DNA of 64,000 nucleotides from Narcine bancroftii (Eukaryota), in NCBI RefSeq assembly GCF_036971445.1, contig NW_027211801.1:620001-684000 (forward strand), read 5' to 3'. The position numbers and the translations under genes were made by a program. Below the pieces are notes generated by a model. It was not told the DNA's origin. It searched no databases and was given only the letters and a program-made list of their open reading frames with translations. Shown here piece after piece: positions 51,830 through 64,000 of this stretch (the stretch's first letter is position 1; every line of letters begins with the position of its first letter).

Positions 51830-52778
51830 TTCTTCTTCTTCTTTGGCTTGGCTTCGCGGACGAAGATTTATGGAGGGGGTAAAAAGTACACGTCAGCTGC
51901 AGGCTTGTTTGTGGCTGACAAGTCCGATGCGGGACAGGCAGACACGGTTGCAGCGGTTGCAGGGGAAAATTGGTTGGTTGGGGTTGGATGTTGGGTTTTT
52001 CCTCCTTTGCCTTTTGTCAGTGAGGTGGGCTCTGCGGTCTTCTTCAAAGGAGGTTGCTGCCCGCCAAACTGTGAGGCGCCAAGATGCACGGTTTGAGGCG
52101 TTATCAGCCCACTGGCGGTGGTCAATGTGGCAGGCACCAAGAGATTTCTTTAGGCAGTCCTTGTACCTTTTCTTTGGTGCACTTCTGTCACAGTGGCCAG
52201 TGGAGAGCTCGCCATATAACACGATCTTGGGAAGGCGATGGTCCTCCATTCTGGAGACGTGACCCATCCAGCGCAGCTGGATCTTCAGCAGCGTGGACTC
52301 GATGCTGTCGACCTCTGCCATCTCGAGTACTTCGACGTTAGGAATGAAAGCGCTCCAATGGATGTTGAGGATGGAGCGGAGACAACGCTGGTGGAAGCGT
52401 TCTAGGAGCCGTAGGTGGTGCCGGTAGAGGACCCATGATTCGGAGCCAAACAGGAGTGTGGGTATGACAACGGCTCTGTATACGCTTATCTTTGTGAGGT
52501 TTTTCAGTTGGTTGTTTTTCCAGACTCTTTTGTGTAGTCTTCCAAAGGCTCTATTTGCCTTGGCGAGTCTGTTGTCTATCTCATTGTCGATCCTTGCATC
52601 TGATGAAATGGTGCAGCCGAGATAGGTAAACTGGTTGACCGTTTTGAGTTTTGTGTGCCCGATGGAGATGTGGGGGGGCTGGTAGTCATGGTGGGGAGCT
52701 GGCTGATGGAGGACCTCAGTTTTCTTCAGGCTGACTTCCAGGCCAAACATTTTGGCAGTTTCCGCAAAGCAGGACATC
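51830..52778 (-). mobile_element. 5'-truncated RTE LINE with (GAA)n tail and short TSD AATTCT
   Basis: ORF 51893-52780 matches the RTE copy at 906-2027. AATTCT is present at both junctions. Confidence 0.92.
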
Positions 52779-55737
52779 AATTCTACGTTATTGAATAATT
52801 ACCTATTTTGAAACATTGAATGCAACTATGGTATAAAATAAATAAATTTCTAGGTACTCAAGTGAAAATTTCAGATAAAAGACCTTTGTATCAAAATAAG
52901 ATTATTCCCTTTACACATAATAATCAATTTTGAGGTTATGGGATCAAAATTGTATTAAATTTGTACAAGATTATTATGAAGCAAGTTATTTTATTTCTTT
53001 CCAAAGAGAAATATAATATTCCTTCATATAATCTTTTTGCTTGTTAACAATTTAAAGTTTTATTGTTGGATAATTTTAGACATACTTTACGGTTATCTAG
53101 ATGATTGAAGTTTTAAATTTTACTTACAGAGGGAGGTAAGAAGGGATTTAGATCTGTGATGTATTCTTTATTACAGAATAAAATGTCTAAGTTGGATTTG
53201 CATAAATCTAGGTTGAAATGGGAAAAAAATTAAGGAGTACTTATTCATCAAAATGATTGGTTGAATTTAGTACGACTAAAACTATAAATGTCAGGTATCA
53301 GTTAGTTCATTATACTTTCATTTATCAATTATTTTTAACTCAGGAAAATCTAAGGGGATATAATTTAATTTTTTCAATTTTGAGTTATTGATGTCAGAAG
53401 GAAGTAGGTTCTTTTTTTTTTACATTCTACTTGGTGATGGTAAACACTCCTTGGAAAAGATTTATGGAATTTTTAGAAGTAATTTTGAAAGTGAAATTTT
53501 CATTACATCCTTTAGTATTTTGTTGGGTAACATTAACAGGTTGGGATTAGAATTAAGATTAAATACATGTAAAATTGCCTTTTTGAGATTGGCATTAGCT
53601 GTAGCCAGAAAATGTTTAGCAATTACTTGGAAAAATGAGACTGATTTGAGTATACAGAGATGGGAGATGGAATTGAGGTCTGCTATTTCGTTGGAGAAAG
53701 TAACATAGAATCTACATGATAATTATTTTTTCTATCGTAAAACTTGGGTCCTGTATTTGAATGATGTAGGTTTGAGTTTTTGAATCCCCAGCCGCCCAGT
53801 GTTGATGTTTCTCAAATTCATGGTAATTAACTGAGGAATTTTGTAATTATGGTTAATCTCCTCATTTCTCTTCCTTTCTTTATTGTGGGAGATAGGTTAG
53901 AGGGGGGTGGGGTTGGGTGGGAGAGTTAGCAGGATGGGGGTTTGTAGGGGTTTAGTTTGTATTAAATATACCATGCATGTTTTTATATTATTTTATCTAT
54001 TAATTGTATATTTTTAATATATGTTTCATTGTTTTAATAAATTAAAGTTTCAAAAAAAAATTTGACATGTAGATGGATGGGAGGGGCATAGAGGGCTATG
54101 GTCTGGGTGTAGGATACCGGGTCTTGGGAAAATACTAGGTTGGCATAGAATAGAAGGACCAAAGGGCCAGTTTCTGTTCTGTTAAGTTCTATGGTTCTAC
54201 AGTTTAATTTTTTTCTACCAAAAACATATGCCCCCTCTCCAGCTTGACAACAACTTTCCCCTCACACAGTGCCCAGTACTGAAACCAATACTTCAAATAG
54301 GGCCTCCCCAATGTCTTACACAATAGTTAATTAACCTCCCAACTCTGGGACAACAGTCTGACCACTGAAGGCCAATGTGTCCATGGCCTTATTTAACACC
54401 ATATTTACAGTGGTGCTACTTCCAAGGTTCAAATTAGGTGCACTCCGCGACCCCTCTGCTGTACATCACTTTGGCGTTCAAGTACCTGTCTAAATGCCCC
54501 TTGAGTATTGCCCCTGATCCTGCCTCCATCGTCTCCTCTGGCAGGTTATTCCAGATACCAACCACACTGTGTGTGGAAATATTTACCACTCTGAACCCAA
54601 TTAAATCACTTGCCTCTCATCTTGAACCTGTGTTCTTTAGTTTTAGACACCACCCCTCACCATAGAAATGAGACTTGCTCTCTCCATTATCGAACACTAC
54701 AGCACAAAACAGGTCCGTCAACCCTCATTGTGTTGCTGACCGATATATACCAACCATCAAAAAATGAAACCCTCACAACTTCATAACCCTCAATTTTTCT
54801 TTTATCCATGTGCCTGTCTAAGACTATCTGAAATGCCCCTTATGTTCCATCTTCCACCCCCACCCCTGGGAATGCCTTCCAGGCATCCACAACTCTCAGT
54901 GTAAAAATACTTACCCCTGATGTCTCCCCTAAACTTTTCTCCCTTCACTTTGCAAAGATGTCCCCTGGTGTTTGCTATTCCTGCCCTGGAAAAGAAGGTG
55001 CTGGCTGTCCACCTTAACTATGCCTCTCAGAACATTAGACCACAGAACATTAAAGCATATCAAGAGGCTTTTTGGCCCTTCTCGCCTGTGCTGAGCTATT
55101 ATTCTGCCTAGGCCCATTGATCTACATTCAGTCCATAGCCCCTCCGTAACCCTTCCCATCTACGTTGCCATCCAAATTTTTCTTCAATGTTAAAATTGAG
55201 CCCGTATTCACCAGTTCAGCTGACAGTTCATTTCACATGCCCACCACTCACTTTGCGAAGGAGTTACCCCTCATGTTGCCCCTAAACCTATCCCCTTGCA
55301 CCCTCAACCCATGTCCTATGGTTTGTATGTTGCTTATCCTCAGTTGGAAAAGCTGACCTATATTTTCTCTGTCTGTACCTCTCATAATTTAAAATATCTC
55401 AATCAAATCTCCCCCCATTCTCCTACGCTGCAGGGAATAAATTTCTAACCTGTTTAATCATTCCCTGTAACTCCATTCCTGAGGTCCAATCAACATCCTA
55501 GTAAATCATCTCTGCACTCTTTCTATCCTGTAGTATGTGGCCAAAACTCCACATAATACTCCAGATTTGTGCTCACTAATGTTTTGCACTAATATACCAT
55601 AACATCCCAACTCATGTACTCAATACTTTGATTTCTGAAGGCCATATTTTAATGTCGGTGGAATCTTTTATTCAGAGTTGGTGTCAGTGCTGGGACCTCA
55701 TCACCTAATGATGCCTCCCTTCTGTTCTCCCACACAG

Positions 55738-56063
55738 GTAGAAACTCTCAGAAACCCTCAGTTTTACTGCTCCCACCCTCCCATGATGAGACTGACTCAG
55801 GCTCGGCCACCCTGTCTTGCTTGGTGAGCGGGTTTAAGCCAGGTTTCACATCGCTGTGGTGGAGTGTGGATGGGGTCAACACAGAGAGCGGGGAGATAAT
55901 GGGTGTCGTGTCCCCGGATGCCGACCAGACCTACAAGCAGACCAATTACCCGAGTGTCCCCGCTGCTGCCTGGAACAAAGCCTCCAGCTATACCTGCATT
56001 GTGAGCCACAGCTCGCTGAGCTCGCCTCAGTGCGAGTATATCTCGTCATTATCCTGTGCATAG
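55738..56063 (+). CDS. IgL: Second Ig light chain constant exon, orphan in this window, possibly a pseudogene
   Basis: Acceptor CCCTTCTGTTCTCCCACACAG|GT and a 326-nt open frame RNSQKPSVLLLPPS...SCLVSGFKPG...YTCIVSH...SCA*, the same length as C of gene A. Non-conservative changes: SSYL to TNYP, VTT to EIM, and an extra Cys. AATAAA at 56528-56533. No plus-strand V or J is visible upstream. Confidence 0.85.
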
Positions 56064-59000
56064 TGAGACCACGTTGGTCAGCAGAACATGCGGATTCTCA
56101 GCTCGTGCCTTGAATTTCACAGCTCAATGAAGGGCTCAAGCCCAAAATGTTGATTATGTATCTTTACCTTTGCTATATAAAGGACACTGTTTGACTTGCT
56201 GAGTTTCTCAAGTGTTGTGTATTTACTCCCACCACAGTATCTGCAGACTTTCATGTTTTGTTCCTGATTCTCTGCCCATGTTTAATGACCTCTCCGGGGT
56301 CTGTGTCTGCCTTGTGTGGTGTAATCATGCAGAAATGTTCACTGCTGGGGACCAAACCAATGCTTGATCATCTCCAAAGTCAGATTTTCCTGCGTTTGTA
56401 ACATGGAAGATACTGTAGAATTATTCTTACACATCCGTGTTTCAACTCCTGTTGTGTGTAGAATGCGGAGAGATCACCCTGAAGATAATGAAAATGTTGT
56501 GATCAGATCTTGTGCAAAGCAGCTCTCAATAAAGTGGAGAAGAGGTGTGTTTGTGGTGGTCTGTCATTACCCAACTGCTCGCTGTTCATTCAGGGGATGG
56601 GCAATGAGTAAGGTGGCACTCGGAACCGAAACTGCAGAAAATTGTCGGGATCCCCCGTGGAGAACAAGTGATTATGACCTAAATCGCGGTCCACCTCAGC
56701 TCCAACCTCCGCAATTTCCCTCCTCTACACTGGAAGGATTCAGCACTGACTAGGAGATCAGTTCACTGAGCACCTTCGCTTCATCGTCACCAGCGGCAGG
56801 GAAGTCCCAATGGCCACCCACTTCAATTCTACCCCCCTCTCCCACACCGAATTGTCTGTTTGTGGTCTCGTGCCCTTTCCAACCAAGTCCACCTGTAAAT
56901 GGGAGGAACAACACCTAATATTCTGCCGGGACCCTTTGTTTTTTTTTTGAATATTTTATTTATTCAACATATATAAGGTCAAAATATAAGAATCTTATAG
57001 CAATAGTACATAATAAAACATTTCAAATGGTGCTGAAACTTTATTTATTAAACATAAATTACTAAAATCTAAAAACATAAAAACTACAAATTACAAAGAA
57101 AAACCCCTATTACCCCACCCTCTCCCAAACTAATCTAATCCCAAATCTAATATATAAGATATTTCATTAAAAACAATGACAAGTTATTAATTCGGATTCC
57201 GTCAGATGACACCAAAGACCTGAAAAACATCATAAAGTTGTGATAATTTGAGGGAAAACTTCACTGATTAAGATAGAAATGAATAAATCCATTATTTTTA
57301 TTTCATTATTTTAGCATTCAGACCCCAAATTTGCAAAAATAAAAAAATATTTATCCCTTAATTTATCCATATGTTTTTCTAATGGAATACAGCTTTGAAT
57401 CTCAGCAAGCCATCTCTCTAATGTTAATGAAACATCAGATTTCCGTGTTACAGTGACACATTTCTTTGCTGTTACAAAAAACAACTTAACAAGCTTTAAT
57501 TGGGAATCTAACAATAATAATTTAGGAGAAAGACTCTCAATTTTTCCCAACAAAAGTCATTCAGGATTTAAAGGAAAATTTACTCCCATTATCGGATGTA
57601 AAAATTGACTGATAGAACCCCAAAACAGGTTGACCATTGAACAAGACCACATCGAGTGCAGAACAGATCCAATTTCACTTCCACATTTAAAACATGGATC
57701 CGATAAATCCAATCTCCATCTAGTCAATTTCTGAGCACTAATATACAATTGATTAAAAAAATTATAATGTATTAATCTATATCAAACATTAATAGTATTT
57801 GTCATCACCTCTTCACACAAATTCTGCCAGATTTGTTGATCTATTATGGTATCCAAATCCCGTTCCCTTCTTCCTCTGAATTAAACAAACTTACTTTAGG
57901 TGTCTGGTCTTGTAATAACATTTATGCAAGTAAAATAGACTTTTAAATCAACTATAATTTGTTTCAAATTTGAAAGATCTTTTAAAATCTATTCCAGTCC
58001 TAATTTCTCTCTCAAATAAACCCTCAATTGATTTTAACAATGTATTAGAAGGTGGACCATATTTAATCATTAATTTCAAGAACATTGTCTGCTCATTTAG
58101 AATAAAGATACCTAACTCAATGACAATATAATTTATTATAAGATAAAACATTTTTAATCATTAATTGGTCAAAAGACATCAATCTATATTAGACTTCCAG
58201 GTAATAGCTACACATTTCCTTGAAAAAGCTGAAGCCAGTCGCATAAATTTAATTTGATACTTAACATGTTAATTTTATATTAAACATTTTAACATTTCCT
58301 AATAAAATAACTTTGGGTCTAACAGAAGTTTAACCTTTAACACTTTCTCTAAAAATGTTTTAATTTGTATTCAAAATTACTTAAGCTTAATGCGCGGGCA
58401 AAGTGAGTGAACAAAAAACAAAAAACCTATCTCTTTATGACGTCTAAAACATAAATCTGAAGAAATTCAATTAAATCTTTTTAATATTTGATGTGTTAAA
58501 TATAATTAATGTAAAAAGTTATGTTGTACTACTCTGCATCTTACATTGAGAATTTTAGTCATATTATCTTCACATAACAGTCTCCAATCATTTGGATCTA
58601 TTGTTCTACCTAAATATGTTCCCCACTTTAATCTCGATCTGTGAATATCTGATTTGGACATTTTTCTTTGAAGTAATTTTTACATTTCAGAAAATAATTT
58701 ATTAATACCCACTTTAATAAGTAAAATTTCTAACTCAGACTGTCCAGGTAATTTTAGACTTTGACCTAATTTATCAATTATCAATCTTGATAATAACAAA
58801 AAAAGGTGTTTATTTGGAACATTATATTTTACTTTCTTTAGTTGAAAAGAAACAAAATAACCAGCTTCAAAACAATCTTCTATTATTTAGACCCCCATTT
58901 GAATCCATAACTTTCAAAATTAATTATTAACAGTCAAAGGAAAACATTTATTTTGATATCAAGGTGTTTTACGTGAAATCTTAACTTCCCACCAATCTCA

Positions 59001-59393
59001 TAATTTATTTTATTCCATAATTCAATTAAATCTGTCAGAATAGGTGGGTCCTTATTACAAACTAATCATCTCGTGTTCTATTTATAAATAAATTTGAGGA
59101 TATATTTTTTAAAAAGTATTTTAGTGAATTCTACAATTGCCCATGATAAATATTTACAACATCCAAACTCTATTAATAAATTTCAACTGAGCAGGTTTAT
59201 AATAATTTTAAAAACGTGAAAGCTGTAAACACTCAGTTCAAATTTCCAAGTTAATTTCTCTAAGGATTCCTTTACCATTTTACCTTTCCACAAAAATGTT
59301 CTCATTATTAAATTTAGAACCTTAATTTATTTGAAGTATATTGAAAGGAATATATTGAAAAAGTTATTGAATTCTTGGGAAAATATTCATCTT

Positions 59394-61305
59394 TTTTTTT
59401 TTAAATTTTTTATTTTTCACACCATAAATCACAATAGCCATGATATACACTTTTTCTTTTCCACACATTTACAGTGACTTTTTCTCCCTCCCCCCTCCCT
59501 CCTCCCAAGCCACCCCCCCACCCCCCCCCCCCTCTCATCCATTTTAGGTATACAATCTAGGTTGCATTAATTCAGTTAGACAATGTTGTCATTCAACAAA
59601 AATACACCAGAAATTCTACTGAGTCCATTCTTTTCTTTTCTTCTCCTTCCATCAACTTAGGTAATGTTTGTTCCCGGTAGGTTTTCGCTATTGTATTTAT
59701 GTAAGGCTCCCATACTTGTTCGAATATTTCAATATTATTTCTTAAACTATATGTTATTTTTTCTAATGGAATACATTTATTCATTTCTATATACCATTGT
59801 TGTATTTTCAAATTATCTTCCAATTTCCAGGTTGACATAATACATTTTTTTGCTACGGCTAGGGCTATCTTGACAAATCTTTTTTGTGCATCTTCCAAGT
59901 CAATTCCAAATTCTTTATTTTTTATGTTACTTAGGAGAAAGATCTCTGGATTCTTTGGTATATTGTTTTCTGTTATTTTATTTAATATCTGATTGAGATC
60001 ATCCCAAAATTTTTCTACTCTCTCACATGTCCAGATTGCATGAATTGTTGTTCCCCTTTCTTTTTTACATCGAAAACATCTATCAGATACTGTTGGGTCC
60101 CATTTATTTAACTTTTGCGGTGTAATGTATAGTCTGTGTAACCAATTATATTGTATCATACGCAGCCTCGTATTTATTGTATTTCTCATCGTTCCAGAGC
60201 ATAACTTCTCCCATGTTTCCTTTTTTATCTTTATATTTAAATCTTGTTCCCATTTTTGTTTAGTTTTACCATTTGTTTCCTCATTTTCCTTTTCTTGCAG
60301 ATTAATATACATATTTTTTATAAATCTTTTGATTAACATTGTATCTGTAATCACATATTCAAGGTTACTTCCCTCTGGTAAACAGGAATATGGAGAAGTG
60401 TCGGGATACAAGATAAACGTAAATAAAAGTGAAGCAATGCCTATGAATAACGCGGATTTCTCAAAATTTAAGGAGGAATCCCCATTCAGATGGCAAACGC
60501 AGGCAATAAGATACCTAGGTGTGCAAATAAACAAAAATCTAGGCCAATTATATAAACTCAATTACAATCCACTAATGAAAAAATTACAGGACGATTTAGA
60601 GCATTGGAAAGAGCTACCACTAACACTGATAGGAAGGATAAACTGTATTAAAATGAACATTTTTCCAAGGATACTATACTTATTTCAGGCATTGCCAATA
60701 CAACTGACAGAAAAATTCTTCAAAGAGTTAAAGAAAATAATAAGGAGATTTTTATGGAGAGGGGGGAAACCGAGGATAGCACTAGATAAATTAACAGAAT
60801 GGTATAAACAAGGAGGCTTACAATTGCCAAACTTCAAAAATTATTATAGAGCCGCACAATTAAGGTACCTATCAGATTTTTATCAAACAAGGGAAAAACC
60901 AGACTGGACGAGACTAGAATTAGATAAAATAGGGGAAAAGATACCTGAACACATATTATATAAATGGGATGAAAAATTGGTAGAACATAGAACTTCTCCA
61001 GTATTACACCATCTCCTCAATATATGGAAGAAGAATCATGTAGAAAGAAATAAAATAAATTACCAAATACCAAAACTAATATTGACGCAAAATAAGCTAC
61101 TCCCTTTTACAATAGACAACCTTGCCTTTAGAAAATGGGAAAAAAAAGGGATTAAAAGAATAGAAAATTGTTTTTCAGGAAGTAGATTCTTATCCTTTGA
61201 ACAAATGAGAGATAAGTACAATATAACTGGAGATACAGCGCTGGCATATTACCAGCTGAGATCCTACTTGAAAGATAAATTAGGAAGCAACTTGAGTTTA
61301 CCAGA
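59394..61305 (-). mobile_element. 5'-inverted (twin-primed) L1 insertion
   Basis: Poly(A) and 3' UTR/ORF2 end on minus (59394-60383), upstream ORF2 segment on plus (60384-61305). Perfect 16-bp TSD GGAAAATATTCATCTT at 59378-59393 and 61306-61321. Confidence 0.92.
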
Positions 61306-61634
61306 GGAAAATATTCATCTTGATACAATTCACTAAACCTATTAAAGTTTTAGGTAAATCATTCCATCTATTTAAATCCTCTTCAATTTTATTAAATAAT
61401 GGTAAATACTTTGATTGATGAAGGCCTGTGACATCATTTTCAGGGAATTATGCATCTCTATTCCAAATGAGCAGACAATGTTTTTTAAATTGGGAGAAAA
61501 TTTAAAATACTCAGATACAAATGGTCCTGGGAATCCTTGTGCAGGATCGTCTGAAGGTAAACCTGCAGGTTGAGACGGTGGTGAAGAAGGCAAATGCAAT
61601 GCTGGCAGTCACTTCAAGAAGATTAGAATACAAA

Positions 61635-62574
61635 TGGAGTCCAAACAGGCAGAACAAAGGGGCACATGGCCCTTTATAGTTCTGCAGGCAGCACTGAGGG
61701 GGCCAATCACTCGGGGCAGTCTGGGTCCCATTGGCTGATGTGGCAAATGGCTCCAACACAAGTGCAGGGGCTAAGCAGGGGTCAGTCGTGGTAATTCACC
61801 TGGGCCAATTGGGTGAAGGTCAGGGCTGAGTCCGGGCAGGCTGTCTGGATGCATCACCTGCTGATTTAGGTGGGCCAATCACAAGTGTCACCTTTTTTAT
61901 GTATATTTATTAAAAATTTTAAAATAGAGTATACAGACATGTTAGAATAACAGATATGCAATAATTTCCCCCCTTTCCCACCTCCCCCAAACCCTACCCA
62001 ACTACAAACTATCCCAAATAAAATATTTTGTAGTTAACTTCTATATGTTCATTGATTTATTCACTACTGTGATGGATGCCTGCTCTTTCCAAAAAATAAC
62101 CCTCATTACACTATTAAACACATATATTTCATATACAGATGCAATACTTGAATTAAAAAAAAAGAACAATTATCATGTAAATTATAACATATCTTTTCCA
62201 ATGGAATACACAATCATAACTCTGCTTGCCATCTCTGGATATTCAGCTCAATCTCATTTTTCCATCTAATTGCTGCATATTTCCTAGGCACTGCTCAGGC
62301 CAGTTGGATAAATGCAAACTGGAATTTCTCCAATTTTAAACCCAAAATCAATGTTGTCCTATATCCAAGTAAAAATAACATTGGATTGAGTTCCAAATTA
62401 AACTTCTTCAGTCCTTCCAAAAATTCCAAAATTCTACACCTAAAAGGTTTCACCCAATCGCAAGGGTCACCTTGATGGCTTGGGGTGAGTCTTGACCTTG
62501 ATTGACATGTAATGTGTCCTCTGAATAGGAGCGCCACAGTGCCACCCTGTGGTCGCAACAGGCTCTCCATTACA
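61635..62574 (-). mobile_element. ERV LTR (family of the 24858/27409 LTRs) split by an L1 3' end (61895-62453)
   Basis: LTR homology on both sides. 20-bp TSD CCAATC(A/G)CAAG(T/G)GTCACCTT at 61875-61894 and 62454-62473. Confidence 0.8.
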
Positions 62575-62989
62575 ACCATTTAAATTGAACTATTTTTTAA
62601 CATTGAGTTTAATCTCCCTCAACCAAAGGCATAATTTCACTTTTAATCCAATTAATTTTATAGCCTGATATTTCACCATATTTCTTCAATCGCATATTCA
62701 AAAAAAGCAAATAATTTTCAGGGCCTGTTAAATAAATCAAATCATCGTCAACAAATAAATTAATCTTCAATTAATCAGAATTAACTTTAATTACTTTAAT
62801 ATTAATATATTTTATTAATTATGCTAAACTTTCAATTGATAAACCAGATAAAGCTGGGTACAAAGGACATCCTGATCTAGCTGATCTAGTTAATAAAAAA
62901 GCTGAAGATATGTCCATTAGTTTGTGTTAGGGACAGGGCAGGGTGCAGTGAGGGTTGTAAGGGGTCAAAATGCCATTAAACTGGTAGGA

Positions 62990-63980
62990 GTTGATTGCTT
63001 CTCAGACTGCAGTCCTGTGACTAGTGGTGTGTCTCAGGGATTGGTGCTGGGGCCATTACTATTTTTCATATCAATGCTCTGGGTGATAATGTGGTGAATT
63101 AAATCAGCAAGTTTGCAGATGACACTAAGTTTGGAGGCGTTGTGGACAGCGAAAAAGGTTTTCAAAGCGTGCAGAGGAATCTGGACCAGCTGGAAAAATG
63201 GGCTGTAAAATAGCAGATGGAATTTAATGAAGACAAGTGTGAGTTGCTGTATTTTGGAAGGACAAACAAAGAAAAGACATACAGGGTGAATGGTCGGGCC
63301 CTAAGGAGTGCGGTAGAACAAAGGGACCTGGGAATACAGATACATCATTCCCTGAAAATGGCATCACAGGTGGATAAGGTCAGAAAGAGAGCTTTTGGCA
63401 TCTTGGCCTTCATAAATCAAAGTATTGAGTACAGTAGTTGGGATATTGTGGTCAAGTTTTATAAGACATTGGTGGGGTCAAATTTGGAGAATTGTGTGGA
63501 ATTTTGGTCTCTGAAATATGGGAAAGATTGAAGAGAGCAGATAAGAATTAGTAGGATTTGGCCAGAATTCAGGACCTGAATTACAGGGAAGTGTTAGACA
63601 GGTGAGGACTTTATTCCCTGGAGCGTATTAATGAGGGAGATTTGATCGAGGTTTTTTAAATTATGAGGAGTATAGACTGAGTATAGCTTTTTCCTAAAAA
63701 TTGAGGACATGGACGAAGAATGAAAGGAGAAACATTTGGGGGAACATGAGAGGGAACCTGTTCACACACAGAGTGGTGGGAGTGTGGAACGAGCTGCCAG
63801 CTGAAGTGGTGAATGTGGGATCAGTTTTAACATTGAAGAAGTATTTGGAGAGTTTCATGGATTGGAGGCTGGAGAGGGTAATGGACGGTGTGCAGGTCTT
63901 TGGGACAAGGCAGAATCTCATTTGGCACAGACTAGATGGGCCAAAGTGCCTGTTTCTGTGCTGTAGACATCTCTGGTTCT
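62990..63980 (+). mobile_element. CR1 LINE 3' fragment (similar CR1 remnants at about 5870-6200, 11400-11960, 12830-13350, 21720-22420, 23320-23900, 27700-28440, 49700-50280, 54060-55650)
   Basis: KFADDTK, MEFNEDKCELLYFGR, EQRDLG and FTHRVVGVWNELP motifs. Confidence 0.85.
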
Positions 63981-64000
63981 AGAATGTCCAAAAACACCAT

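Larger units (their letters stand above)
51645..59190. repeat. Inverted segmental duplication of about 1-7230 (J-C intron part, C exon, 3' flank)
   Basis: The reverse complement matches 6230-7230, 2700-5900 and 1-187 collinearly, including TE junctions and the 3' UTR. Confidence 0.9.

Noticed and set aside
60125-61336. 403-aa ORF (and 59593-60561) as novel proteins
   Set aside because: They are sense/antisense chimeras of L1 ORF2 across the inversion junction.
1-64000. Prokaryotic systems (CRISPR, retrons, operons), tRNA or rRNA genes
   Set aside because: The sequence is vertebrate. No spaced-repeat arrays or structural RNA genes were recognised. The only tRNA-related sequences are retroelement primer-binding sites.

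Overview
This is eukaryotic DNA from a cartilaginous fish, probably a ray (inferred from the light-chain class and the RTE/CR1/L1/Penelope repeat spectrum). Most of the window is transposable-element derived. The non-repeat core is an immunoglobulin light-chain locus of the type I (NS5 / sigma-cart) class in three pieces. (A) An intact minus-strand gene with a germline-joined V-J: leader 11064-11112, VJ 10574-10936, C 5454-5779, 245 aa. (B) A paralogous cluster about 10 kb upstream that is still unrearranged: leader 21378-21426, 12-RSS 21293-21320, 23-RSS 20520-20558, pseudo-J 20482-20519. Its V exon is deleted and it has no C of its own. (C) An orphan C exon on the opposite strand (55738-56063) inside an inverted duplication of gene A's C-region surroundings. 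Blunt joining of cluster B's V end and J start gives exactly the junction length seen in gene A. Between B and the orphan C lies an intron-containing GSK3A-like pseudogene (43226-47871) that the ORF track does not reveal. Mobile elements include class I ERVs (tRNA-Pro PBS with gag; integrase with env), two Gypsy elements, a near-full-length L1, a twin-primed 5'-inverted L1, several RTE LINEs (one capped by (TTAGGG)5), Penelope-like GIY-YIG and hammerhead remnants, Tc1-like remnants and CR1 fragments. All family assignments come from recognised motifs, not from database searches. There are two assembly gaps.
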